Below, one piece after another: positions 1 to 8,362 of a stretch of DNA of 64,000 bases. Each line of letters starts with the position of its first letter. Position 1 is the first letter of the stretch. Below the pieces are notes generated by a model. That model made no database searches. It had not been told where the DNA came from and worked only from the letters and a program-made list of their open reading frames with translations. Source of the DNA: Anaerolineae bacterium. Lineage in GTDB: Bacteria; Chloroflexota; Anaerolineae; UBA1429. A program made the position numbers and the translations under genes. The stretch covers positions 1,440,001 through 1,504,000 of the forward strand of contig OY776562.1 in NCBI GenBank assembly GCA_963675785.1, given 5' to 3'.

Positions 1-828
1 AGAACCCTGCCCGACGACCTTCCCGAGCTGGGTCGCCTGGTCTGCGCCCAGGTCATCCACCGCGTCACCCTCAAGCAGGGCAACACCAACGCCAACGCCG
101 ATCTTCGCTACGGCGATATGACCCGCTATCCCTGGTATCGGCTCCGTTGCGAGGACGACGTGCTCCTCACCGCCACGGCCATGACCGCCGAACTCTTTCG
201 TCTCGATGAGCGGGGTTTCACCATGGATCGCGCTGCCGAGCACAAGATTGTCGTAACCTGCCGTTACGTCTCTGTGCTCATGTCGGCCATCCTCAAGGCC
301 AAGGGGATACCCTGCCGTTCTCGGTCGGGCTTTGCACCGTACTTTGATTCTGATAAAAGCGGAGATCATTGGATCAACCAATATTGGAACGGGGATCAAT
401 CACGTTGGGTTACGCTGGATGCTGACGGCTTTTTTGATGAGGAGCAACTTGGCTTCAGTCAATACGATATCCCGTCAGAGCGCTTTGATTGGGCCGCCGA
501 TACCTGGCTGGGCATCCGTCAGGGTCAGCTCAATGGCGCCCGCTTTGTCTACGCCGGTGGCCTAAACGCGCTTCAGGCTGCTATCCGCGCCCTCTTTTAC
601 GATTTTCACGCCCTGATGAACGACGAAATCTCTTACCTTTTCCAGCCCGCCTATGTCGCGAACAAGTTCGATCGCCTTACCGAAAGCGATTTCGCCGAAC
701 TCGACGATCTCGCCCGTCTCTTGCAGCACCCCGACGACAACTGGGATGAGCTTACACGCCTCTGGAATGAGGAAGAGAAATTCCGCATCATGAACAGCCC
801 CCTCATCGGCGACGGCGATCATCTCTAA
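1..828 (+). CDS. Transglutaminase-like domain protein (5'-truncated by window edge)
   Basis: Frame 1 is open from base 1. Cys-His-Asp triad motifs VTCRY, DHWINQYW and LDAD. Confidence 0.75.
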   Translation, partial: RTLPDDLPELGRLVCAQVIHRVTLKQGNTNANADLRYGDMTRYPWYRLRCEDDVLLTATAMTAELFRLDERGFTMDRAAEHKIVVTCRYVSVLMSAILKAKGIPCRSRSGFAPYFDSDKSGDHWINQYWNGDQSRWVTLDADGFFDEEQLGFSQYDIPSERFDWAADTWLGIRQGQLNGARFVYAGGLNALQAAIRALFYDFHALMNDEISYLFQPAYVANKFDRLTESDFAELDDLARLLQHPDDNWDELTRLWNEEEKFRIMNSPLIGDGDHL

Positions 829-895
829 TACAGTCGAACTATAGGCCCAATCTTGCCTTGCATCATTCACACTTTCCTCACTACTTACTGTTCTG

Positions 896-1070
896 AGCCT
901 CCGGCGAGTAGCCGGAGGGTTTGCTGCCATAGCACTGGGGTTCAGCCCAGTGCGCTCTCAAATCTCCATCTGCCATCTACGATGGCAGACCTTACTAAGC
1001 CCGGGGCTTTAGCCCCGGGTCCTCCCCCGATTCTCCTAAATCAAACCGAAAATTCGATCATCAGCCCCGG
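896..1070. repeat. Two adjacent bipartite REP-like palindromes plus shared tail
   Basis: 896-954: cctccggc/gccggagg followed by gcactggg-gttcag-cccagtgc. 969-1020: tctgccatc/gatggcaga followed by cccggggct-tt-agccccggg. The ccgattctcctaaa tail is also found at 6006, 6421 and, as a variant, at 7091. Confidence 0.8.
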
Positions 1071-1147
1071 GTTTCTTCTCCCCCCCCTTGCACTCCCCCG
1101 TCTCGCGCACTAGAATCCTCCGGCTGTATTCAACTGGAGGCGTATGT

Positions 1148-3088
1148 ATGTCCCTATCCCAATGGAACCCTACCCATATCGAATTCATCCTCGATCAAAC
1201 CGGCCAGGTCGAGCTTCTGCCGCCCATCGCCAACCGCGCTGCTTGGGAAGCCCGCGCGCGTGCCCTTGGCCCCGAACGCGTACAAGCTATCATGCAAGAG
1301 GCTGAAAAGGCACTCGCCGCCCCTATCCCGGCGCTCACTGCCAATCTCTACCTGGACTTTCAGCGCAGCGGCGACCGCAAGTCGTACGAGACGCCCTACT
1401 TTGACCGACGCGCCATGCTCATCTACCTGACCATTGCCGAAGCCCTGGAGAACAAGGGGCGCTTTCTCAACAAGTGCCTCGATGTCGCCTGGGCCATCAC
1501 CGAAGAGGCCTCATGGTGCCTGCCCGCCCATGAATCACGTCTGGCCGATACCGACGATCCCATGGTCGACCTGTTCGCCTCCGAGACGGCCTTTGCCTTG
1601 GCCGAATTCGACGCCATCCTCGGTCAAGAACTCGATCCTTACCTAAGCAAGCGCATCCGCGATGAGGCCGAAGAGCGCATCATCACGCCCTACCTCACCC
1701 GCCACGACTATCCTTGGATGTTCAACGTCCCCGGAACCCAGGTCAACAACTGGAACGCCGTCTGCAACTGTAGTTGCATGGGCGCCGCCATGTACCTGCT
1801 CAACGATAACGCCCGCCTCGCCGAGGTATTGGCCCGCGGCTTGCGTTCTCTGGACGATTTTCTCGCCGGTTTTGGCCAAGATGGCGGTTGTAGCGAAGGC
1901 CCCGGCTATTGGAACTATGGCTTTGGTCATTATGTCGTCATTGCCGATCTGGTGGAGCGCCGTACCAAGAGGGCCATCCCCATGTTCGATGCCGACAAGG
2001 TGCGCGCTATTGCCCAGTTCCCCTTGCGCACCCGCCTCGCCGACAACGAATATGCTTCTTTTTCCGATTGTCCAACGGTCGTCTCGCTCTCCCCGGCTCT
2101 GCTGATGCTTCTCGGCAAGCGACTCGATATCCCCCGTCTGGAGCTCATGGCCGCCCACGAACCCGACTTAGGCCTCTCTCGCAAGATGCAGTACGCCTTG
2201 CTAGAGACCGAATGGCTGCCCAAATCGCAAGACACCGCTCAACCGCTCGTGCTGGACAAGCACAACTGGTTTGGCGATATGGCCTGGATGATCGCCCGCC
2301 TCGATCCCACCGATCCCGAGGCTATGGTGCTGGCCTGCAAGGGCGGCCATAACGGCGAATTCCACAACCAGAACGATGTGGGCAGCTTTATCGTCAACGT
2401 TGGTGGCGAATCTCTCATCAGCGATATCGGCAGCGGACGCTACACCCGCCAGTATTTCGGACCCGAACGCTACACCTATTGGGTAGTATCCTCAAAGGCC
2501 CATTCGGTGCCCCTGCCCAACGGCATCGCCCAAAGCATCAACGAGCAGGATACCGTGCGCCTGGCCGATAAGCTGGAGCACGACGACCCCGGCAAGGATA
2601 TGGCCGCCGCGGGCAAACTGGGCAAGCACGTCGTGCCCAACCCCGATAAGGTCAACGGCGTCGGCTACGCTTCCACCGTGCTGGAACACGTGGAAAAGGA
2701 TAAAGAAGACCGCCTGACCCTTGATATGACTCAAGTCTATAACGAGGACGCCGACCTGGAGAGCTTGCAGCGCAGCACCGCTCTGCTGCGTACCGTACCC
2801 GGCGGATGCGTCACCGTCACCGACACCTATCGCTTCAAGAACGGCGCTCATCCCTTTGAGAACGCCATCATCACCCTCGTCAAGCCTGAGCTTACCGCCG
2901 ACGCCGTCGTCCTCCGCGGCGAAAAGGCCGCTCTGCGCATCACCTGGCAGGGCGCCGAGAGCGTCGATGTCGAGCTTCATTCGGGTGTGCAAATGCAGCA
3001 TGGCCCCGACCTCGACGTCTACCGCATCGCCTTCCGCGCCCCCGAGCAACAAGAAGGGGAGATCAAGCTGGTGGTGGAGAGGGCATAG
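1148..3088 (+). CDS. Heparinase II/III-family polysaccharide lyase-like protein
   Basis: GGAGG RBS before ATG 1148. Motifs NNWNAVC, DGGCSEGPGYWNYG, KGGHNGEFHNQNDVGSF and DIGSGRYTRQYF. Paralogous to 34861-36744. Confidence 0.8.
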   Translation: MSLSQWNPTHIEFILDQTGQVELLPPIANRAAWEARARALGPERVQAIMQEAEKALAAPIPALTANLYLDFQRSGDRKSYETPYFDRRAMLIYLTIAEALENKGRFLNKCLDVAWAITEEASWCLPAHESRLADTDDPMVDLFASETAFALAEFDAILGQELDPYLSKRIRDEAEERIITPYLTRHDYPWMFNVPGTQVNNWNAVCNCSCMGAAMYLLNDNARLAEVLARGLRSLDDFLAGFGQDGGCSEGPGYWNYGFGHYVVIADLVERRTKRAIPMFDADKVRAIAQFPLRTRLADNEYASFSDCPTVVSLSPALLMLLGKRLDIPRLELMAAHEPDLGLSRKMQYALLETEWLPKSQDTAQPLVLDKHNWFGDMAWMIARLDPTDPEAMVLACKGGHNGEFHNQNDVGSFIVNVGGESLISDIGSGRYTRQYFGPERYTYWVVSSKAHSVPLPNGIAQSINEQDTVRLADKLEHDDPGKDMAAAGKLGKHVVPNPDKVNGVGYASTVLEHVEKDKEDRLTLDMTQVYNEDADLESLQRSTALLRTVPGGCVTVTDTYRFKNGAHPFENAIITLVKPELTADAVVLRGEKAALRITWQGAESVDVELHSGVQMQHGPDLDVYRIAFRAPEQQEGEIKLVVERA

Positions 3089-3097
3089 AACATTGGC

Positions 3098-3451
3098 CAC
3101 CGGACTAAAGTCCGGTGCAACGTTAGCAAAGCCTCCGACTGATGGTCGGAGGCTTGCATTTGAATGATACGCATTAAAAAACCAATCGGATTTGTGTAGA
3201 ACCTTACACATAGTCTCCGCAGAAGCCTTGACTCCTGCAGCGCACAGCTTTGCTTATAAGGCACTTTATAGCGGGTACATACCCCTTTGCCCACCGGAAA
3301 ATCCGATGAGGTATCACCAAAACCTTCGACTGATGATCGAAGGCCCATATCGGAATAACGCATGTGCAACGACAATTGGGTTTGTGTAGAACCTTATGCA
3401 GCAGTCTCCGTAGGAGACTTGGCTCCCGCAGCGCCAGACTTTAGTCTGGCG
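3098..3451. repeat. Inverted pair of bipartite REP-like palindromes downstream of tnpA
   Basis: 3098-3155 (minus orientation: caccggact/agtccggtg and aagcctccgac/gtcggaggctt) and 3403-3451 (agtctcc/ggagact and cgccagact/agtctggcg). A degenerate direct copy lies at 3191-3243. Confidence 0.75.
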
Positions 3452-3483
3452 TGTACTACAAAAGTTCTCCCTATCAAATCAAT

Positions 3484-3855
3484 TTATCCACTATGATGGT
3501 CCTTCTGCTGTCTGATATACTCAATCACCCGTGGTGCATCATCAGCCGATACAGAGGCCGCATAATAATCAGACTGCCAAGCAAAAGGATAGCCCGGACA
3601 TATCTCATGGTTCACAAAATGCGATGAGGCGCCCTTGAGTTGTTTGATCAACGTGGGCAAAAAGACAGCAAAACCATATTCTACCAAAATATGCACATGA
3701 TCCACCATACCGCCCACGGCCAGAACACGTGCCTTGTTCTCAAGTGCTATCTGCCCCAGGCACGCGTATAGCCGTTGCTCCCAATCCGAACCAATCAGCG
3801 CCTCACGACCACGTGTAGACCACACTACATGCACATAGAGCTTACCACGCGGCAT
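3484..3855 (-). mobile_element. tnpA: IS200/IS605-type Y1 (HUH) transposase, stand-alone (REP-associated-like)
   Basis: LYVHVVWSTRGR, HUH motif DHVH, KQLKGASS, WQSDYY and catalytic Tyr in YIRQQ. No tnpB adjacent. Confidence 0.88.
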
Positions 3856-3865
3856 AGCATCCCCC

Positions 3866-4819
3866 TCACTCCACCTGCCTCACCCCTCGGCAGCGCGGAT
3901 AATTGGGGCATCCCCAGAACTCCCCTCCCTTGTTGTCCCCCTGCCTAGCTACACGCTTTACCATCACCGAACTGCACTTGGGGCAAAGCGGCACTGCCAC
4001 TTGCATCTTTTCTTCTTCAGCCTCTGTAGATTGCTCAGGCACCACCGATTCACAAGCCGCAGCATCAGCATACAGCGCCCACTCCGGCGCGGGTTCCTTC
4101 GGCTGGATTTCCTCGGGCAAAGTTTCTGCCTCAACAGCACAAACTATGCCTGCGTTTCGCGTAACTGGTACAAATTCAGATAAGGGAGAGTCAGCGGATG
4201 TTGTCTTTGGCAGAGTCACTATCTCACCAACAGTCAACTCCGACTCAGATGAATCGACAGGAATCACAGTAGTAGGCCAAAGGGTTCGAGCGAATGTTTT
4301 GCGGATTGTCGTTACATCGTCATCCATGTTTGGATGAAAGCGAAACACCAGCAGCCCAGCTCCTCGAAGCACCTCATCAACAAAAACATCGCGCTCTTGG
4401 CGATCAGGGCGCTGATGTGAATGATCATCCAATTCTATGGCAGCAATGGGCTCAAGAGAATTGGGTTTACAAAGTACATAATCCACATGTTTTCGATTGA
4501 TGCGCTGCCAGGCGATATAACGCTCTCGGTTCGTACCCTTCGCCGCATACACCAGATCCGCCAGATTTACTTTTGTAAGTATGACAGCCCGCTCATTAAC
4601 AACAGCTTTCAAGGTATGGTAAAAGGCTGTCTCGGTATGAGAGAGAAAATCATCCCGCACTCGATAAGTGGGTGTAATTCGAGTCGCCAATGGCTCTTTA
4701 ATCAGAGGCCTTGATATGCTACTTGTAGGGTGACCAATCAGTTTATTGAGGACTAGACCCAGTCCCCCCAGAAATAACCCTAGTACCAGCAACCCTAATA
4801 ATTCTGTTATTCCTTCCAC
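3866..4819 (-). CDS. DUF2726 (PD-(D/E)xK-like) protein with N-terminal TM and C-terminal topoisomerase-type C4 zinc ribbon
   Basis: FLSHTE...KVNLADL...KHVDYV...AIELDDHSH...RDVF. C-terminal CPKCSS...FWGCPNYPRC. Confidence 0.8.
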   Translation of the reverse strand: MEGITELLGLLVLGLFLGGLGLVLNKLIGHPTSSISRPLIKEPLATRITPTYRVRDDFLSHTETAFYHTLKAVVNERAVILTKVNLADLVYAAKGTNRERYIAWQRINRKHVDYVLCKPNSLEPIAAIELDDHSHQRPDRQERDVFVDEVLRGAGLLVFRFHPNMDDDVTTIRKTFARTLWPTTVIPVDSSESELTVGEIVTLPKTTSADSPLSEFVPVTRNAGIVCAVEAETLPEEIQPKEPAPEWALYADAAACESVVPEQSTEAEEEKMQVAVPLCPKCSSVMVKRVARQGDNKGGEFWGCPNYPRCRGVRQVE

Positions 4820-4933
4820 ATCTCTTCCCCTCGAACGTCTATACCCTGGTATTATATCGTATTCTTTTCAAAAAATGCTCCTGCTTGCACCCTGAAGCAA
4901 AACACCCCATACTATCTACCAGGAGGCACTACC

Positions 4934-5692
4934 ATGCCCATCACCCACCACACCCATTTCGATGCCGCCGGCGAGGCCAATCCTCACACCATCGTCCTGC
5001 TGCATGGCCTTTGCTGCACCCGCACCTACTGGCGTCTACAGGTCGAGGCCCTCTCCAGCGCCTACCACCTGCTCATGCCCGATCTGCCCGGCCATGGCAG
5101 CCGCTGGCACGAACCTTTCTCTCTCGACCGCGCCGTACAACAATTACACGCTCTCATCCAGCAGCAGGCCCACGGCCCTGTGCTTCTCGTGGGGCACTCC
5201 CTTGGTGGCTATCTGGCTCAGCGTTATATCGCCGCCCACCCCGAAGCCACCTGTGCCGTCGTTCTGCAGGATTGCACCGCCAAAACGCGTTCGCTGCTCT
5301 TGCTGCCCTACCAACTCTATGCTGGCATATGCATCGTCATGCCCGATCCCCTGCTCTGCGGCATCGAAACGGCTCTTGGCTCACTACGCTTTCTCCCGAA
5401 AGCCTCTGCTGCCCTGCGTCAAGGTGGCCTTTATCACGATTGCGTACCCCAGGCCATCCATGAACTGCGCAATACCGCTTTTCTTCCCCCTCTGGCCCAC
5501 TATGAAAAACCAACACTCATCCTCAACGGCACCAACGATTTCATCTTTCGGCAGGATGAAACCCGTTATTGCCGTACCCTGCCCAACGCCCGCCTGCAGA
5601 TCATTCCCAACGCCCGCCACACCAGCAACCTCGATCAGCCCGCCGCCTTCAATCAGGCCGTGCTCGCCTTCGCCCAGTCCATCTCTTGGTAG
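4934..5692 (+). CDS. Alpha/beta hydrolase
   Basis: AGGAGG RBS. LLHG, PDLPGHG, nucleophile motif GHSLGG, NGTND and ARH. Confidence 0.88.
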   Translation: MPITHHTHFDAAGEANPHTIVLLHGLCCTRTYWRLQVEALSSAYHLLMPDLPGHGSRWHEPFSLDRAVQQLHALIQQQAHGPVLLVGHSLGGYLAQRYIAAHPEATCAVVLQDCTAKTRSLLLLPYQLYAGICIVMPDPLLCGIETALGSLRFLPKASAALRQGGLYHDCVPQAIHELRNTAFLPPLAHYEKPTLILNGTNDFIFRQDETRYCRTLPNARLQIIPNARHTSNLDQPAAFNQAVLAFAQSISW

Positions 5693-5858
5693 TCCCTCCC
5701 AAGCTTCTGCCCCCAAACACAACTGATCACTGGGTAATATCTCATTAAGATGACCTAAAGCCTTCATCGCCACATAAAACATGATACAATAACTAAGCAA
5801 AACTCAATTCCATGCTCAACGAACTATTCGTTTGAACAAAAAATAAACACACTGAATC

Positions 5859-6465
5859 CTGCCCACTATGTGGGCAGATCTTGCTAAGCCTCTGTCGTGG
5901 AGAATCGGACCATACATTCACTCATTAGCCCGAACTATCCACTCCCTCTCTTGCCCGCATAGCGGGCAGACCTTACTGAGCCCAGGGCTTCAGCCCTGGG
6001 TCATCCCGATTCTCCTAAACCGAACCGTAGGTTTTGTCATTAGCTCCGAGTGTCCCCTTTCTCAATCGCAAGACATTACCCTGGAACGTCAATCACCACA
6101 TTCTGCCCCTGCCCACTATGTGGGCAGATATTGCTAAGCCCAGGGCTTTAGCCCTGGGTATTGTTTCCTGAGTTTCTGGCATCGAACCTGAGGTTCGATC
6201 ATCAGCCCTGCGTCTTCCCTACATCATTCCCTTGCCAAACCCGAGACTTTGACCCAAAATGACCACAGACACTTTTTTCTTGCATGCCCAGCGTGCATAC
6301 CTTACCAAGCCTCTGAACCGAACCGTAGATTCGATTACTAGCACTAGATTTCCTTTTCACATCTCCTGCCCGCATAGCGGGCAGACCTTACTGAGCCCAG
6401 GGCTTCAGCCCTGGATCATTCCGATTCTCCTAAACCGATCCTGCGATTCGGTCATTAGCCCTGAT
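5859..6465 (+). repeat. Cluster of bipartite REP-like units upstream of tnpA
   Basis: Unit: ctgccc(gcatagcg/actatgtg)ggcaga-N~9-gcccagggctt(c/t)agccctggg. Copies at 5859 (partial), 5952, 6109 and 6366, mostly followed by a related tail. Confidence 0.85.
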
Positions 6466-6499
6466 TATCTCGCTGAAACACAAATACCTGGGAGAAACC

Positions 6500-6910
6500 A
6501 TGAGCTACTGGCGCCTCTACTATCATGCCGTCTGGTCCACAGAATCTAGAGAGCCCCTATTGAATCCAAACCTGCTCAAGCGCACTTGTAGCTCCATCCT
6601 AGATACCGCCAAACGCTCTGGCATCATCGTCCATGCGGTCGGCGGCGTCCAAGACCATATTCACGTCGCCTTTTCTGCCCCTCCCACAGCGCGCCTATCT
6701 GAAATCATCGGCCACTTTAAAGGCCAGAGCTCCTACATACTCAACCACTTTGCCGACATCGACTACCACTTTGCTTGGCAAAACGACTACTCAATCCACA
6801 GCTTTAGCCCTCAAGCCCTGCCAACCATCATCACCTACATCCAAAACCAGCAGCAACACCACAACAACGGCACCATTGAACAAGACTGGGAACGCACACA
6901 ACAATCCTAA
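6500..6910 (+). mobile_element. tnpA: IS200/IS605-type Y1 (HUH) transposase, stand-alone (REP-associated-like)
   Basis: GGAG RBS. LYYHAVWST, DHIH, HFKGQSS, WQNDYS and YIQNQ. No tnpB. Flanked on both sides by REP-like units. Confidence 0.88.
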
Positions 6911-6942
6911 ACATCCCCTATCTCATTTTATTTGCATATAAA

Positions 6943-7198
6943 CCTTGCCAAGCCCGGGGCTTTACCAGGTGCTCCCAAATCTTCCAAATCGACCCGCAGT
7001 AGCGACCTTCAACCCTAGGTCGCCACACTCTGCCCCTGCCCGCATAGCGGGCATATCTTACTGAGCCCGGGGCTTTAGCCCTGGGTTCTCCCGATTCCCC
7101 TAACCAAACCATAGCTTTAACCATTAGCCCGAACTATCCACTCTGCCCCTGCCCGCATAGCGGGCAGATCTTGCTGAGCCCGGGGCTTTAGCCCCGGG
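6943..7198 (+). repeat. REP-like units downstream of tnpA (113-bp period)
   Basis: Partial copy at 6943. Full copies start at 7036 and 7149. Confidence 0.85.
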
Positions 7199-7248
7199 TA
7201 TTTCCTCCCTCTCACTCTGTACAACAAGGACACCTTTATAATTCTCTC

Positions 7249-7277
7249 TTGACATCATAAGGTTATCCTTATACAAT
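7249..7277 (+). promoter_or_regulatory. Sigma70-type promoter of the feo operon with overlapping DtxR-like operator
   Basis: TTGACA (7249-7254), 17-bp spacer, TACAAT (7272-7277). The palindrome ATAAGG-TTAT-CCTTAT (7257-7272) lies in the spacer. Confidence 0.7.
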
Positions 7278-7340
7278 GACGCCAGATTCGAATGATGCTG
7301 TCCTCTGGGCCCGGCAGCATCTCGGCAACAGGAGATGTTC

Positions 7341-7598
7341 ATGAGCAATAAAACCCGAATCCCCCTCAACAAGCTGCAGGTGGGGCAAACTGGCGTCCTG
7401 GTAGAAACCGCCTCCCCTGATGGCAACCAGGCCGCAGCACGACGGCGCATGCTTGATATGGGCCTCGTTCGCGGCGCCCACATCAAACTACTCCGCAAAG
7501 CCCCCTTAGGCGACCCGCTAGAGTACCAAGTGCGCGGCTACAGCCTCAGCCTGCGCAAATCCGAGGCTGAAGCCATTACCGTAGAGGTCGAATCATGA
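7341..7598 (+). CDS. feoA: Ferrous iron transport protein A
   Basis: RRRMLDMGLVRG...KAPLGDPLEYQVRGYSLSLRKSEA. GGAG RBS. Confidence 0.92.
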   Translation: MSNKTRIPLNKLQVGQTGVLVETASPDGNQAAARRRMLDMGLVRGAHIKLLRKAPLGDPLEYQVRGYSLSLRKSEAEAITVEVES

Positions 7599-7831
7599 TG
7601 CCGCTCACCATGGCCTCCATCGGAGAAATAGTCACCCTAGAGTCAATCCGTGGTGGGCGCGGCCTTCGTGCTCGACTGGCCGATCTTGGCCTTTGTCCTG
7701 GGGTTACCGTACGTGTCGTTCAAACGGGCGCTGGCGGCCCCGTCATCGTGGCTTTTCGAGATGACGCTCGCCTCGCCCTAGGCCGTGGTATGGCGCATCA
7801 CATTCAGGTCGTACCTACTACCGGGTACTAA
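7595..7831 (+). CDS. feoA: Second FeoA-family protein
   Basis: RARLADLGLCPG...GPVIV...RLALGRGMA. ATGA overlap with the upstream gene. Confidence 0.88.
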   Translation: MMPLTMASIGEIVTLESIRGGRGLRARLADLGLCPGVTVRVVQTGAGGPVIVAFRDDARLALGRGMAHHIQVVPTTGY

Positions 7832-7846
7832 CATTAGGAGTACAAC

Positions 7847-8359
7847 ATGCCAGATATTACCGTTGCTCTGGCCGGCAACCCCAACTGCGGCAAGAGCACC
7901 CTATTTAATGCCCTCACCGGCTCTCGTCAGCACGTGGGCAACTGGCCGGGCAAAACTGTCGAGCAAAAATCGGGCCACTGCACCCTGGATGGCCGCGACA
8001 TCGAGGTCGTCGATCTGCCCGGTACCTATAGTCTCACCGCCTTTTCAGCCGAAGAGGTCATTACCCGAGACTATATCATCAACGACCACCCCGACGTGGT
8101 CATTGACGTCATTGATTCCACCAACCTGGAACGCAATCTCTATCTCACCCTGCAGATCATGGAGCTGGGCGTGCCCGTCGTGCTGGCCCTCAACATGACC
8201 GACCTGTCCGAAGAACGCGGGCTGCGTATCGACCAAAAACTGCTCTCGCGCGGCTTGATGGACGCTCCGATCATTACGACCACGGCCAGCAAAAAGCAGG
8301 GTGTCCAAGAGGTCATTCGCGCAGCCGTCGAGCTGGCAAATAGAAAAAAGGGAGCCTGA
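7847..8359 (+). CDS. feoB: FeoB N-terminal GTPase domain (stand-alone ORF)
   Basis: G1 GNPNCGKS, GNWPGKTVE, G3 DLPGTYSL, LERNLYL and G4 NMTD. Confidence 0.9.
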   Translation: MPDITVALAGNPNCGKSTLFNALTGSRQHVGNWPGKTVEQKSGHCTLDGRDIEVVDLPGTYSLTAFSAEEVITRDYIINDHPDVVIDVIDSTNLERNLYLTLQIMELGVPVVLALNMTDLSEERGLRIDQKLLSRGLMDAPIITTTASKKQGVQEVIRAAVELANRKKGA

Positions 8360-8362
8360 GCC

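Noticed and set aside
3121-3156. c-di-GMP-I riboswitch (gcaaagcctccg)
   Set aside because: The P2 GNRA/receptor context is missing, it lies between convergent genes, and it is explained as a REP hairpin.
3484-6910. IS605/TnpB or IscB RNA-guided element
   Set aside because: No RuvC-containing ORF lies next to either tnpA.
5859-7198. CRISPR array
   Set aside because: Spacing is irregular, the intervening sequences are related to each other, a tnpA lies inside, and there are no cas genes.
8357-8359. Selenocysteine codon in feoB
   Set aside because: The position is an interdomain linker with no conserved Cys, no convincing SECIS hairpin follows, and the downstream ORF has its own SD.
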